Shown here: one piece after another, positions 1-10,814 of the stretch | How the letters are laid out: each line of letters begins with the position of its first letter | How positions within the stretch are numbered: position 1 is the first letter of the stretch | Assembly (NCBI GenBank): GCA_963803805.1 | Contig: CAWDOD010000007.1 | Coordinates: 17,040 to 81,039, forward strand | From: an uncultured cyanobacterium | GTDB lineage: Bacteria; Cyanobacteriota; Cyanobacteriia; Cyanobacteriales; CAWCAG01 | Length of the DNA stretch: 64,000 bases | Direction: 5' to 3' | Program-made: the position numbers and the translations under genes | The notes under the pieces: model-generated | Seen by the model: only the letters and a program-made list of their open reading frames with translations | Database searches by the model: none | Told to the model about the DNA's origin: nothing

Positions 1-66
1 ATTTTCCTCAACTTTAATCCATTCAACCAAATCAATAGAGTCTACATCTAGATTAAGAAAGTCTAA

Positions 67-3000
67 ATGATGAGCAATACTACATTTCTTCCTAACTATC
101 AAATCACAGAGCAAATTTACAATGGTAATAGAACTGTAGTTTATCGGGGGATTTGTGCTGATTCCCAAAAGCCTGTAATCATTAAACTACTCAAAAAAGC
201 ATACCCTACCTTTGCTGAACTAGTACAATTTCGCAATCAGTATTTAATAACTAAGAATATTCAGATAGAGGGCATTGTCCAACCTATTGCTTTAGAAAGT
301 TGTGGTAATGGTTTGGCTTTAATAATGGAAGATGATGGCAGTATTTCTCTGAGTGAAGAATTGAAAAGTAGGGCAGATCAGAGGATTTCCCTGGAAGAAT
401 TTTTGACCATTGCTATCAAGCTAACTAAAATTCTCGAAGGACTATACCACAATCGTATTATTCACAAAGATATTAAACCGGCTAATATTCTGATTCATCC
501 CCAAACTAAGCAAGTTAAGTTAATTGATTTTCGTATCGCCACTTTACTACCAAAAGAACAACAAGAAATCCAAAATCCAAACGTCTTAGAGGGAACCCTT
601 GCTTACATTTCTCCCGAACAAACTGGCAGGATGAATCGAGGTATTGACTATCGCAGTGATTATTATTCATTGGGAGTAACTTTTTATCAACTACTAAGTG
701 GAAAATTACCATATGAGAGTGATGATGTTATGGAATTGGTGCATTGTCATATTGCAAAAACGGCTTTGCCGTTAGGGAGGAGTGAGGAGGGAGGAGGGAG
801 CAGTAAGATTCCTGGAGTGGTTGAGGATATTGTGATGAAGTTGATGGCGAAGAATGCTGAAGATCGCTATCAGAGTGCTTTGGGGTTGAAATATGATTTG
901 CAAAAGTGCTGGCAGCAGTGGCAGGAAACGGGTGACATTGAGCCTTTTGAATTGGGAGAGAGGGATATTGGCGATCGCTTCCTTGTCCCCGAAAAACTCT
1001 ACGGTAGGGAAACCGAAGTTGCCCAATTACTTGCTACATTTGAACGGGTTGCCGTTGGGAAGGTAGAAATAGCCCTGGTGGCAGGATTTTCTGGCATCGG
1101 TAAAACTGCTGTTGTTAATGAAGTTCACAAGCCCATTGTGCGGCAAAGAGGTTATTTCATTAAGGGGAAATTTGACCAATTCAACCGTAACACTCCCTTT
1201 TCTGCCTTTGTTCAAGCTTTTCGCGACTTGATGAATCAATTACTATCAGAAAGCGAAAGTCAGCTTGCACAGTGGAAAACCGAAATCCTTAATGCTTTGA
1301 GAGAAAACGCCCAAGTTATTGTTGAAGTTCTTCCTGAATTAGAAAGTATCATCGGAAAACAATCTCCCTGTGCTGAATTATCTGGAAGTGCGGCTCAAAA
1401 TCGCTTCAATTTACTCTTTAGCAAATTTATCCAAATCTTCACAACTGCTGCTCATCCTCTTGTGCTGTTTCTTGATGACTTGCAATGGGCAGACTCAGCA
1501 TCTCTTAGTCTCATGAAATTGTTGGTGGGAGAAACCGAAACAGGATATTTATTAGTATTGGGAGCCTATCGTAACAATGAAGTCTCCCCCACTCATCCCT
1601 TGATGTTAACCTTAGACGAGATCAAAAAAGATCAGGCAGTTGTTAACACGATCACCCTAGCACCTCTGAGTAAATTAGGATTAAATCATCTCGTTGCCGA
1701 CACCCTTGGTTGCAATCTTGAGTTGGCATCCCCCTTAACGCAACTAGTGTATCAAAAAACCCAAGGCAATCCCTTCTTTGCAACTCAATTGCTCAAATCT
1801 CTCCATGAAGGAAAATGGCTTTATTTTAACCCAAAATCAGGGCATTGGCAGTGTGAAATGGTGTCAGTAGGACAACTATCTTTAACAGAGGATGTTGTCG
1901 AGTTTATGGTGACTCAGTTACAGAAGTTACCCCTCCTAACTCAAGAATTATTGAAATTAGCCGCTTGCATTGGTAATCAGTTTGATCTAGAAACCTTGGG
2001 AATTATTTCTGAGCAATCCCCCACAGAAACAGCCACGAATTTGTGGAAAGCCCTGCAAGAAGGCTTAGTGTTGCCTACCAATGAAGTATACAAGTTCTAT
2101 CAATCTGAGGAAAATGCGAAAGTAATAGCGAATTTAGAGCATCGTGCAGCAAACTATAAGTTTCTGCACGACAGGGTTCAGCAAGCCGCTTATTCTCTCA
2201 TTCCAGAAGATCAAAAACAAACTACCCATTATCAAATTGGACGACTTTTCTTAGCTAAAATCTCTCCAGAAGAGCGAGGAAAACGGATTTTTGAGATAGT
2301 CAATCATTTGAATTTGGGCTTACCTTTAATCAAGGAAGTTGAAGAAAAGACTGAACTAGCCAACTTGAATTTAGCCGCAGCTTGCAAAGCCAAAGCCGCA
2401 ACTGCTTACCCTGCGGCTATCATCTATCTCAATACAGGAATTGAACTACTACCAGCAGATGTGTGGCAACACCACTACCAACTAGCCTTAGATTATCACA
2501 ATCTGATTGCAGAAGTGACTTTTTTGAATGGTAACTTTCTGGAAATGCACCAGTGGATTGACATTGTACAGCAACAAAGCAGAAGCTTATTAGATAAGGT
2601 CGAAGTTTACAAAACGCTGATTTCTGCCAAGATCGCCCAACAAAAGCTTTTAGAAGCCATTGAAGTGGGTTTACAAGCCCTTTCCCTGTTGGGTGTACAC
2701 TTACCAATCAAACCAACAGATGAAGATATTCAACAAGCACTGAAGAAAACAAATGCTCTAATTCCTGCCACCGGGATTTCCTCGCTATTTTCTTTGCCTT
2801 CTATTACTAACCCTAAGATTTTGGCGACGGTGCAAATCACCTCTACTTTAGCACCAGCAGCCTATATGGTAGGCTCTGGAGTATTTTTACTGATTGTGTT
2901 AGTAGAAATTCGTTTATCCATTAAGTATGGTAATTCTCCCATGTCTGCGGTTGCCTATGGTCACTATGGTATTGTCTTGTGTGGCATAATCAATGATATT

Positions 3001-6000
3001 GATGCTGGGTATCAATTCGGCAGACTTGCTCTGCACTCGGCAGAGCAAGGTCATGGCAAAACAATGAAGGCGAAAATTGCCTTTATTTTCGGGACGCTAA
3101 TTTCACCCTGGAAAAATCATCCTCAAGAAACACTTAAACTCCTGCAAACTTGCTATCAAGATGCTCTGGAAGCGGGAAGTCCAGAGATCGCCGCTTTTTG
3201 CCGCTACCATGATGCACAATCTTCCTATGCCATCGGGCAAGAATTATTTGTCTTAAAAAACAAGCTTGCTCTTTATAGCCAGCAAATTCGTCAAATCAAA
3301 CAAAAATTACACCTCAACTGGAATGAGCTATTGCGCCAAGTAGTTCTTAATCTCCAAGGAGCTTCTGACAATCCCTGTTGCTTAACCGGAGAGGCTATTA
3401 ATGAAGAACACCTTCTCGCCCAATACCAAAAAACTCAAAATGTCTTGGGTCTTTACAGCTTACACTTACATAAGCTTATTTTGTGCTATTTGTTTAACCG
3501 AGATGCTGATGCTTTAAACCATGCTCAAGCTGCCACTCAATATATCAGTGGAGGAACAGCACAGATTATAGTACCTCTGTTAGCCTTTTATAGCGCACTA
3601 ATACATTTGCGTGTCTGGTCTAATTTATCAGAAACTGAACAGGAGCATACACTTAAAAAAGTAATTGCTGAGCGGGAGAAGTTGCAAAGGTGGGCAGATC
3701 ATGCACCGATGAACTTTCAGCACAAAGTTGATTTAGTTGCGGCTGAGGAATATCGGGTTTTAGGCAATAAAATAGAAGCAATGGAAATGTATGATCACGC
3801 CATTGCTGGGGCTAAAGAAAACGCCTACATCCAAGACGAGGCCTTAGCTAACGAACTAGCTGCTAAATTCTACCTTAATTGGGGGAAAGAAACTATCGCC
3901 GAAGCTTATCTCACCAAAGCTTACTACTGCTATGTTCGCTGGGGAGCCAAAGCTAAAACTGACCACCTCGAACAAACCTATTCCCAATTGTTGCGTCCGA
4001 TTTTCCAGCAAACAGTACAAGTAATTAATCCCTTGGAAACTTTGGCAAACTTTGCTGTTACTACTGTTCCAGCTTCGGTACAAACCAATACTACTACCAA
4101 TATTGATACGGCCCTAGATTTTGCTACTCTCCTCAAAGCTTCTCAAAGCCTGTCCGGGACTATTCAAATCAATGAATTGCTCCATCAACTGAGCAAAATA
4201 ATTTTGCAACACTCCGGGGGCGATCGCTGTGCCTTAATTCTCCCTGATAGGGAGGAAAGTTGGCAAGTACGAACCATTGCAACACCAGAAAATACCGAAC
4301 TATGTGCCGATCCCATTGAGGGTAATAGCAACCTACCTGTTAAGTTGATTCAGTATGTCCGAAATACTCAAGAAGTGGTCGTAATTAACAATTGTCAAAC
4401 CGACTTGCCGGTTATAGACGAGTATCTTAGTCAGCAACAACCCAAAAGTGTCCTCTGTTTACCGATCCTCAATCAGAGTCATTTAATTGGCATTCTGTAT
4501 TTAAAAAACCGCCAGACTAGTGGTGTCTTTACCCAAGAGCGCATCCTCATCCTCAACTTCCTTTGCACCCAAGCTGCTATTTCCATTGAAAACGCTCGTC
4601 TCTATCAAGATTTAGAAAACTATTCCCAAAACCTAGAGCAAATAGTAAAAGAGCGCACTACTGCCCTCCAAGAAAGAGAAACTCGCCTGCGGCTGGCCTT
4701 GAGTGCAGCTAACCAAGGGTTTTTCGATATGAATATACATACTGATGAAGCTATTGTTAGCCCAGAATATGCTCTCATGCTGGGGTATGAGCCAACAACA
4801 TTCCAAGAAACAGTCACCGACTGGCGTAGCCGCTTGCATCCAGAGGATCAAAAACGAGTGAGTAAAGCCTATCAGGACTATGAAGCTGGCAAAACTCCCC
4901 AGTACGAAGTGGAATTTCGTCAGCGTAGTCAGCAGGGAGAGTGGAAATGGATTCTTGCTGTGGGGAAATTTATTGAGTGGGATGCAAACGGAAATCCCAC
5001 CAGGCTTTTAGGAACTCATACTGATATTAGCGATCGCAAACGAGCAGAAATAGACCTGCAAAATTTAATTGAAGGAACTGCTGCTACCATAGGACAGGAC
5101 TTTTTTCCTGCCTTAGTTAAGTATATTGCCGAAGCATTAAATGTTGACTACGCTGTGGTCACTGAACTAGCGAATGACAACCTCCATACTCTAGCCTTTT
5201 GGGGCAATAATTCTTTGCAACAGACTTTCTCCTATCGTCCGGTTAATACCCCCTGCGCCCTAGCCTTACAACATGGCAAGTTTTGTTGTGATCAGTTGAT
5301 TCAAGAACATTTCCCTGGGGATATAGACTTAGCAGCAATGGAGGTAGAGAGTTATTTGGGTATTGCCCTAGGAGATACCAATGGTAAATCAATTGGCAAC
5401 TTGTGTATCCTTAGCAAACAGCCTATCCAAAATCCTCAAAGAGCAGAACAAATCCTGCGCGTCTTTGCTGCACGGGCTGCGGCTGAATTGGAGCGTCAGC
5501 GGACGCAGACATCATTAGAGGAACTCAACCAAGCTTTAGAAACCAAGGTAGTGGAACTACAAGCAGCCAAAGAACAAGCAGATAGTGCTAATCGGGCTAA
5601 AAGTACTTTTCTGGCCAACATGAGTCACGAACTACGTACACCTCTCAACGGCATCCTTGGTTATACTCAAATATTGCAGCAGGAAAGTATCTTAGAAGGT
5701 AATCAACTTAAAGGCATTCAAACCATCCATCAATGTGGTAGCCATCTCCTTGACTTGATCAACGATATCCTTGACTTGAGTAAAATCGAAGCCCAAAAAA
5801 TGGAGTTACAGCCCAGGGAAATAAATTTCTCCATTTTCTTAAACACCATAGTGGAAATGTTTCGCCTCAAAGCCCAACAAAAAGGAATTGATTTTATCTA
5901 TCAAGAATTACAACAACTTCCTAGTGTTATCTATGGTGACGAAAAGCGGTTGCGTCAAGTAATTATTAATCTCCTTGGCAATGCTATCAAATTCACTCTA

Positions 6001-6993
6001 CGGGGAAAGGTAACATTTTCTGTGGAAGTTCTAGCCCAGGAAGGGAACAATCCCCGCCAATTATCTCCTACCACCCTGCGGTTCCAAGTGCAAGACACAG
6101 GAGTAGGCATGAGTTCAGAACAACTAGAAAAAATCTTCCTCGCCTTTGAACAAGTGGGAGAACATAACCAAAAGCAAGAGGGAACAGGTTTAGGGTTAGC
6201 AATTTCCCAAAAATTGGTGAGGATGATGGATACACAGATTAAAGTTAATAGTGAGTTAGGACAAGGAAGTACATTTTGGTTTGAGGTATCCTTACCTGGT
6301 GGTTGGCAACAAAATAATCAAAGGTTCAACACGAGACAAAAGCACCCGGTTGGTTATCAAGGTAGAACTCGTAAAATTCTTATTATTGATGATCGCCCAG
6401 AAACCCTCGATATTATCAGCAATGTTTTGCAGCCCCTCAACTTTGTCATAGTCACTGCTGAAAATGGGCAACAGGGCTTAGAAACTGCCCTGCAAGAAAC
6501 TCCTGATTTGATGATTAGCGATATTAAAATGCCTGTAATGGATGGTTGGGAAATGATTTCTCAACTCAGGGAGTATAAGCAATTTAAAAAATTACCGATT
6601 CTTGTCATATCCGCTAGTGCGATGCTCAGGGATTGTCATCAAACTCAAGAATACGGTGCCACCGACTTTTTGCCTAAACCATTGGTAATAGAAGATTTGC
6701 TGGGTAAAATAGGAAATTACCTGGAATTAGAATGGCTCTACCAACAACAAGCAGCAAGGGCAATGGACTCCCCAGAAGTTGTCACTACAGCAATGGCGAT
6801 TCCTCATGGGGAAATATTAGAAAAACTGGATAATTTGGCTAAAAGTGGGCTTTTGTTCGATCTCACAGAAGAACTTAATTTAATTGTGGCTAGCAATGAA
6901 CAATTCACTCCTTTCTGCCAAAAAATACAGAAATGGGTTGATAAGTTTGACAGCAAGAAGATTCAGGCATTTCTAAGTTCCTATATTTCTTGA
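67..6993 (+). CDS. HstK-type multidomain sensor: N-terminal Ser/Thr protein kinase, P-loop NTPase (GFSGIGKT), TPR-like helical region, GAF, PAS, HisKA, HATPase, receiver, plus a ~120-aa C-terminal tail
   Basis: 2308-aa ORF. Kinase subdomain motifs present: VIIK, HKDIKPANI, DFR (a DFG variant), SPEQ. GAF motif: [14 protein letters not shown] repeat ending in DISDRKRAE. H-box [10 protein letters not shown]-boxes in NLLGNAIKF and GTGLGLAIS. Receiver motifs ILIIDD and ISDIKMP. Confidence 0.85.
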   Translation: MMSNTTFLPNYQITEQIYNGNRTVVYRGICADSQKPVIIKLLKKAYPTFAELVQFRNQYLITKNIQIEGIVQPIALESCGNGLALIMEDDGSISLSEELKSRADQRISLEEFLTIAIKLTKILEGLYHNRIIHKDIKPANILIHPQTKQVKLIDFRIATLLPKEQQEIQNPNVLEGTLAYISPEQTGRMNRGIDYRSDYYSLGVTFYQLLSGKLPYESDDVMELVHCHIAKTALPLGRSEEGGGSSKIPGVVEDIVMKLMAKNAEDRYQSALGLKYDLQKCWQQWQETGDIEPFELGERDIGDRFLVPEKLYGRETEVAQLLATFERVAVGKVEIALVAGFSGIGKTAVVNEVHKPIVRQRGYFIKGKFDQFNRNTPFSAFVQAFRDLMNQLLSESESQLAQWKTEILNALRENAQVIVEVLPELESIIGKQSPCAELSGSAAQNRFNLLFSKFIQIFTTAAHPLVLFLDDLQWADSASLSLMKLLVGETETGYLLVLGAYRNNEVSPTHPLMLTLDEIKKDQAVVNTITLAPLSKLGLNHLVADTLGCNLELASPLTQLVYQKTQGNPFFATQLLKSLHEGKWLYFNPKSGHWQCEMVSVGQLSLTEDVVEFMVTQLQKLPLLTQELLKLAACIGNQFDLETLGIISEQSPTETATNLWKALQEGLVLPTNEVYKFYQSEENAKVIANLEHRAANYKFLHDRVQQAAYSLIPEDQKQTTHYQIGRLFLAKISPEERGKRIFEIVNHLNLGLPLIKEVEEKTELANLNLAAACKAKAATAYPAAIIYLNTGIELLPADVWQHHYQLALDYHNLIAEVTFLNGNFLEMHQWIDIVQQQSRSLLDKVEVYKTLISAKIAQQKLLEAIEVGLQALSLLGVHLPIKPTDEDIQQALKKTNALIPATGISSLFSLPSITNPKILATVQITSTLAPAAYMVGSGVFLLIVLVEIRLSIKYGNSPMSAVAYGHYGIVLCGIINDIDAGYQFGRLALHSAEQGHGKTMKAKIAFIFGTLISPWKNHPQETLKLLQTCYQDALEAGSPEIAAFCRYHDAQSSYAIGQELFVLKNKLALYSQQIRQIKQKLHLNWNELLRQVVLNLQGASDNPCCLTGEAINEEHLLAQYQKTQNVLGLYSLHLHKLILCYLFNRDADALNHAQAATQYISGGTAQIIVPLLAFYSALIHLRVWSNLSETEQEHTLKKVIAEREKLQRWADHAPMNFQHKVDLVAAEEYRVLGNKIEAMEMYDHAIAGAKENAYIQDEALANELAAKFYLNWGKETIAEAYLTKAYYCYVRWGAKAKTDHLEQTYSQLLRPIFQQTVQVINPLETLANFAVTTVPASVQTNTTTNIDTALDFATLLKASQSLSGTIQINELLHQLSKIILQHSGGDRCALILPDREESWQVRTIATPENTELCADPIEGNSNLPVKLIQYVRNTQEVVVINNCQTDLPVIDEYLSQQQPKSVLCLPILNQSHLIGILYLKNRQTSGVFTQERILILNFLCTQAAISIENARLYQDLENYSQNLEQIVKERTTALQERETRLRLALSAANQGFFDMNIHTDEAIVSPEYALMLGYEPTTFQETVTDWRSRLHPEDQKRVSKAYQDYEAGKTPQYEVEFRQRSQQGEWKWILAVGKFIEWDANGNPTRLLGTHTDISDRKRAEIDLQNLIEGTAATIGQDFFPALVKYIAEALNVDYAVVTELANDNLHTLAFWGNNSLQQTFSYRPVNTPCALALQHGKFCCDQLIQEHFPGDIDLAAMEVESYLGIALGDTNGKSIGNLCILSKQPIQNPQRAEQILRVFAARAAAELERQRTQTSLEELNQALETKVVELQAAKEQADSANRAKSTFLANMSHELRTPLNGILGYTQILQQESILEGNQLKGIQTIHQCGSHLLDLINDILDLSKIEAQKMELQPREINFSIFLNTIVEMFRLKAQQKGIDFIYQELQQLPSVIYGDEKRLRQVIINLLGNAIKFTLRGKVTFSVEVLAQEGNNPRQLSPTTLRFQVQDTGVGMSSEQLEKIFLAFEQVGEHNQKQEGTGLGLAISQKLVRMMDTQIKVNSELGQGSTFWFEVSLPGGWQQNNQRFNTRQKHPVGYQGRTRKILIIDDRPETLDIISNVLQPLNFVIVTAENGQQGLETALQETPDLMISDIKMPVMDGWEMISQLREYKQFKKLPILVISASAMLRDCHQTQEYGATDFLPKPLVIEDLLGKIGNYLELEWLYQQQAARAMDSPEVVTTAMAIPHGEILEKLDNLAKSGLLFDLTEELNLIVASNEQFTPFCQKIQKWVDKFDSKKIQAFLSSYIS

Positions 6994-7067
6994 TTCATAG
7001 TTGCAGAATAAAAAAAGTCTTTTAAAAAAGAGCCAATCCTCATTCAAAATCAACATATACTGACACC

Positions 7068-10000
7068 GTGCTAGATTTTACTACTATCCTCAAAGCCTCT
7101 CAAAGCCTTTCTAGGATTATTCAACTAGATGAATTACTGCACCAACTTACCAACATTATTTTGCAAAACTCTGGGGGCGATCGCTGCGCTTTGATACTCC
7201 CTGATAGTGAGGGAAATTGGCAAGTAAGAACTATTGCCACACCAGAAACCACAGAACTATGTTCAGATTTCCTCGAAGGTAATAGCAACCTACCTGTTAA
7301 GTTGATTCAGTATGTGAAAAATAGCCAAGAAGTTGTAGTAATTGATGATTGCCAAACGGATTTGCCCGTTATTGATGAGTATATCAATCAGCAACAACCC
7401 AAAAGTGTCCTCTGTTTACCGATTCTCAATCAAGGACATTTAATTGGCATTCTGTATTTAAAAAATCGCCGGACTAGTGGTGTCTTTACCCAAGAGCGCA
7501 TCCTCATCCTCAACTTCCTTTGCACCCAAGCTGCCATTTCCCTCGAAAACGCCCGACTCTACAACCTTGAGAAATTAAAAACCCAGCAGTTAAGTCAGCT
7601 TAATCGCCGTCTCTCCTTCACTCAATTCTCCGTAGATAATTCTGCTGATGGCATCTTCTGGCTTCGTGACGATGCAAGTTTCTTTTATGCTAACAAAGCG
7701 GCTTGTGCCATGTTGGAATATTCCTTAGAGGAAATAAAGACATTTTCTGTATTTGATATTAACCCTGATTTTCCCCGTGAAAAATGGCCAGAACATTGGC
7801 AAGCTGTTAAAAAACAAGGAAGTTTGAGCCTGGAGACTCGTCATCGAGCCAAAAGCGGACTTATTTATCCTGTGGAAATTACTGTCAATTACTTGGAATT
7901 TGAGGGACAAGAATATAATTTTTCGCGGGTACGAGATATTAGTGAACGCAAACAAATAGAAGCTGATCTGCAACTAACTGAAGCTAGGGCAACAGCAGCT
8001 TTTGAACAAGCTACTGTTGGCTTTGCTGAGACAGATATCCAAACTCAAAAGTTTACTCGTGTCAATACGCTCTTTTGCCAAATGCTTGGCTATACAAGAG
8101 AAGAATTAGTAGAGATGACTTTTATTGATATAACCCATCCCGAAGATGGTGCTGCTTCCTGCCAAGCTATAGAGCAACTCTATTCGGGTAAAGTTGATAG
8201 CTTTGCCTTGGAAAAACGGTATGTACGTAAAGATGGAACTTTCTTTTGGGGGGAAGTAACTGTCTACCTAGTCAAATTACAGGGAGAAAAAGCTATCTAC
8301 AGCTTAGGGCTAATTCAAGATATCAGCGAGCGCAAACGGTTAGAAGAAGAACAGAAAAAACTCAATACCATCTTAGAAGCTAGTTCAGACTACATTGGTA
8401 TTGCTAATTCTCAAGGAAAAATTCTTTGGTTCAATACTACTTTCAAACAACTGTTCCCAGAACTAAATGAACAGGAACTTTACCAGCGCCATATCACCAA
8501 TTTTCATCCTCAGTGGGCTAATGAAATAATTTTCAACCAGGGATTTCCCACAGCAGTTCAGCATGGTACTTGGTTAGGGGAAGCAGCAGTTCTAGACTCC
8601 GCAGGAAGGGAGATACCCGTTTCCCTATTGCTGATTGCCCACAAATTTCCTCAAGGAGAAGTGGAATATTTTTCTACCATTATGCGAAATATCAGCGATC
8701 GCAAACAGGCTGAGGAGGCACTGAAGCAAAATCAGATTCACTTAGAGGCCTTGTTAAATAACATCCCTCAAATGATCTGGCTAAAAGATGCTGAGAGTCG
8801 TTTTATCGCCATTAATACGCCCTTTGCAAAGGCTTGCGGTTGTCCAGTATCTGAGATTTTTGGTAAAACAGATTATGATGTTTGGCCCTCAGAAATGGCT
8901 CAGGGATTTCGCGATGATGATTTTCAAGTTCTTGCATCAGGACAGCGTAAGGTGGTGGAAGAACAGTTCCTCGAACCGAATGGAGAAGTAGGATGGCTAG
9001 AAACAACCAAAACCCCCTTTAAAAATGCCCAGGGTGAATTTGCCGGAACTGTTGGCATTGCTGCGGATATTAGCGATCGCAAAAAGGCGGAATTAGAGCG
9101 GGAACAATATTTAACTCAACTAGCTCAACTCAACAAAGAATTAGAACAAGCTAACCAGCAACTAGCAGACTATTCCCAAACTCTCGAAGCTAGAGTTGCC
9201 AAACGCACTGCGGAACTACAAGCAGCCAAAGAACAAGCAGATAGTGCTAATCGGGCTAAAAGTACTTTTCTGGCCAACATGAGTCATGAACTACGTACAC
9301 CTCTCAACGGCATCCTTGGTTATACTCAAATATTGCAGCAGGAAAGTACCTTAGAAAGTAAGCAACTTAAAGGCATTAAAACCATCCATCAATGTGGCAG
9401 CCATCTTCTTGACTTGATCAACGATATCCTTGACTTGAGTAAAATCGAAGCCCAAAAAATGGAGTTACAGCCCAGGGAAATAAATTTCTCCATTTTCTTA
9501 AACACCATAGTGGAAATGTTTTGCCTCAAAGCCCAACAAAAAGGAATTGATTTTATCTATCAAGAATTACAGCAAATTCCTAGTGTTATCTATGGTGACG
9601 AAAAGCGGCTACGTCAGATACTCATCAATCTCCTTGGCAATGCTATCAAATTCACTTCGCGGGGAAAGGTGATATTTTCTGTAGAAGTTCTAACCCAAGC
9701 AAGAGAAAACCTTACAGAATTAGCCCCTACCACTCTGCGGTTCCAAGTGCAAGACACAGGAGTAGGCATGAGTTCAGAACAACTAGAAAAAATTTTCCTC
9801 GCCTTTGAACAAGTGGGAGAAAATAGCCAAAAGCAAGAGGGAACAGGTTTAGGGTTAGCAATTTCCCAAAAATTGGTGAGGATGATGGATACGCAGATTA
9901 AAGTTAATAGTGAGTTAGGACAAGGAAGTACATTTTGGTTTGAGGTATCCTTACCTGGTGGTTGGCTACAGGAGAAACAACGAATAGAAATTAAACAGAG

Positions 10001-10652
10001 AGTAATTACGGGGTATGAAGGTAGAACTCGTAAAATTCTCATCATTGATGATCGCCCAGAAACCCTCGATATTATCAGCAATGTTTTGAAGCCCCTCAAC
10101 TTTGTCATAGTCACTGCTGAAAATGGGCAACAGGGCTTAGAAACTGCCCTGCAAGAAACTCCTGATTTGATGATTAGCGATATTAAAATGCCTGTAATGG
10201 ATGGTTGGGAAATGATTTCTCAACTCAGGGAGTATAAGCAATTTAAAAAATTACCGATTCTTGTCATATCCGCTAGTGCGATGCTCAGGGATTGTCATCA
10301 AACTCAAGAATACGGTGCCACCGACTTTTTGCCTAAACCATTGGTAATAGAAGATTTGCTGGGTAAAATAGGAAATTACCTGGAATTAGAATGGCTCTAC
10401 CAACAACAAGCAGCAAGGGCAATGGACTCCCCAGAAGTTGTCACTACAGCAATGGCGATTCCTCATGGGGAAATATTAGAAAAACTGGATAATTTGGCTA
10501 AAAGTGGGCTTTTGTTCGATTTCACAGAAGAACTTAATTTAATTGTGGCTAGCAATGAACAATTCACTCCTTTCTGCCAAAAAATACAGAAATGGATTGA
10601 TAAGTTTGACAGCAAGAAGATTCGGACATTTCTACATTCACAGCTTCCTTAG
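7068..10652 (+). CDS. Hybrid sensor histidine kinase: GAF, several PAS/PAC, HisKA, HATPase, receiver, and the same C-terminal tail as the upstream gene
   Basis: 1194-aa ORF. The GAF domain resembles the upstream gene at about 85-90%. Three DISERK/DISDRK PAC-end motifs. The last ~560 aa are near-identical at nucleotide level to 5560..6993. Confidence 0.85.
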   Translation: MLDFTTILKASQSLSRIIQLDELLHQLTNIILQNSGGDRCALILPDSEGNWQVRTIATPETTELCSDFLEGNSNLPVKLIQYVKNSQEVVVIDDCQTDLPVIDEYINQQQPKSVLCLPILNQGHLIGILYLKNRRTSGVFTQERILILNFLCTQAAISLENARLYNLEKLKTQQLSQLNRRLSFTQFSVDNSADGIFWLRDDASFFYANKAACAMLEYSLEEIKTFSVFDINPDFPREKWPEHWQAVKKQGSLSLETRHRAKSGLIYPVEITVNYLEFEGQEYNFSRVRDISERKQIEADLQLTEARATAAFEQATVGFAETDIQTQKFTRVNTLFCQMLGYTREELVEMTFIDITHPEDGAASCQAIEQLYSGKVDSFALEKRYVRKDGTFFWGEVTVYLVKLQGEKAIYSLGLIQDISERKRLEEEQKKLNTILEASSDYIGIANSQGKILWFNTTFKQLFPELNEQELYQRHITNFHPQWANEIIFNQGFPTAVQHGTWLGEAAVLDSAGREIPVSLLLIAHKFPQGEVEYFSTIMRNISDRKQAEEALKQNQIHLEALLNNIPQMIWLKDAESRFIAINTPFAKACGCPVSEIFGKTDYDVWPSEMAQGFRDDDFQVLASGQRKVVEEQFLEPNGEVGWLETTKTPFKNAQGEFAGTVGIAADISDRKKAELEREQYLTQLAQLNKELEQANQQLADYSQTLEARVAKRTAELQAAKEQADSANRAKSTFLANMSHELRTPLNGILGYTQILQQESTLESKQLKGIKTIHQCGSHLLDLINDILDLSKIEAQKMELQPREINFSIFLNTIVEMFCLKAQQKGIDFIYQELQQIPSVIYGDEKRLRQILINLLGNAIKFTSRGKVIFSVEVLTQARENLTELAPTTLRFQVQDTGVGMSSEQLEKIFLAFEQVGENSQKQEGTGLGLAISQKLVRMMDTQIKVNSELGQGSTFWFEVSLPGGWLQEKQRIEIKQRVITGYEGRTRKILIIDDRPETLDIISNVLKPLNFVIVTAENGQQGLETALQETPDLMISDIKMPVMDGWEMISQLREYKQFKKLPILVISASAMLRDCHQTQEYGATDFLPKPLVIEDLLGKIGNYLELEWLYQQQAARAMDSPEVVTTAMAIPHGEILEKLDNLAKSGLLFDFTEELNLIVASNEQFTPFCQKIQKWIDKFDSKKIRTFLHSQLP

Positions 10653-10774
10653 TTGTGTTAAAGATACCCTAGGGAACTCTAAAAGTGGAAATTGAGCCAG
10701 GAAAGGAGCTAAGCTAGGACGAATTTGAACTGAATTTTCTCAAATTAGCTAAATCTGCGTCAATTCTTTCTCTG

Positions 10775-10805
10775 TTCCTTATTCCTTATTCCCTATTCCC
10801 TATCT
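10775..10805. repeat. STRR-like tandem heptamers (ttcctta / ttcccta)
   Basis: Four 7-nt units in intergenic DNA. Confidence 0.6.
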
Positions 10806-10814
10806 TTTGAATTC

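Noticed and set aside
515-4851. Antisense small ORFs inside the 2308-aa kinase gene (515..712, 772..1026, 1027..1239, 2429..2707, 3856..4083, 4620..4851)
   Set aside because: They are fully embedded opposite a strongly supported long CDS, with no independent signals. They are typical six-frame noise.
7725-10114. Antisense or alternative-frame ORFs inside the second kinase gene (7725..7973, 8788..8991, 8812..9006, 9614..10114)
   Set aside because: Same reasoning. The 166-aa ORF is low-complexity and lies opposite the conserved HATPase/REC coding sequence.
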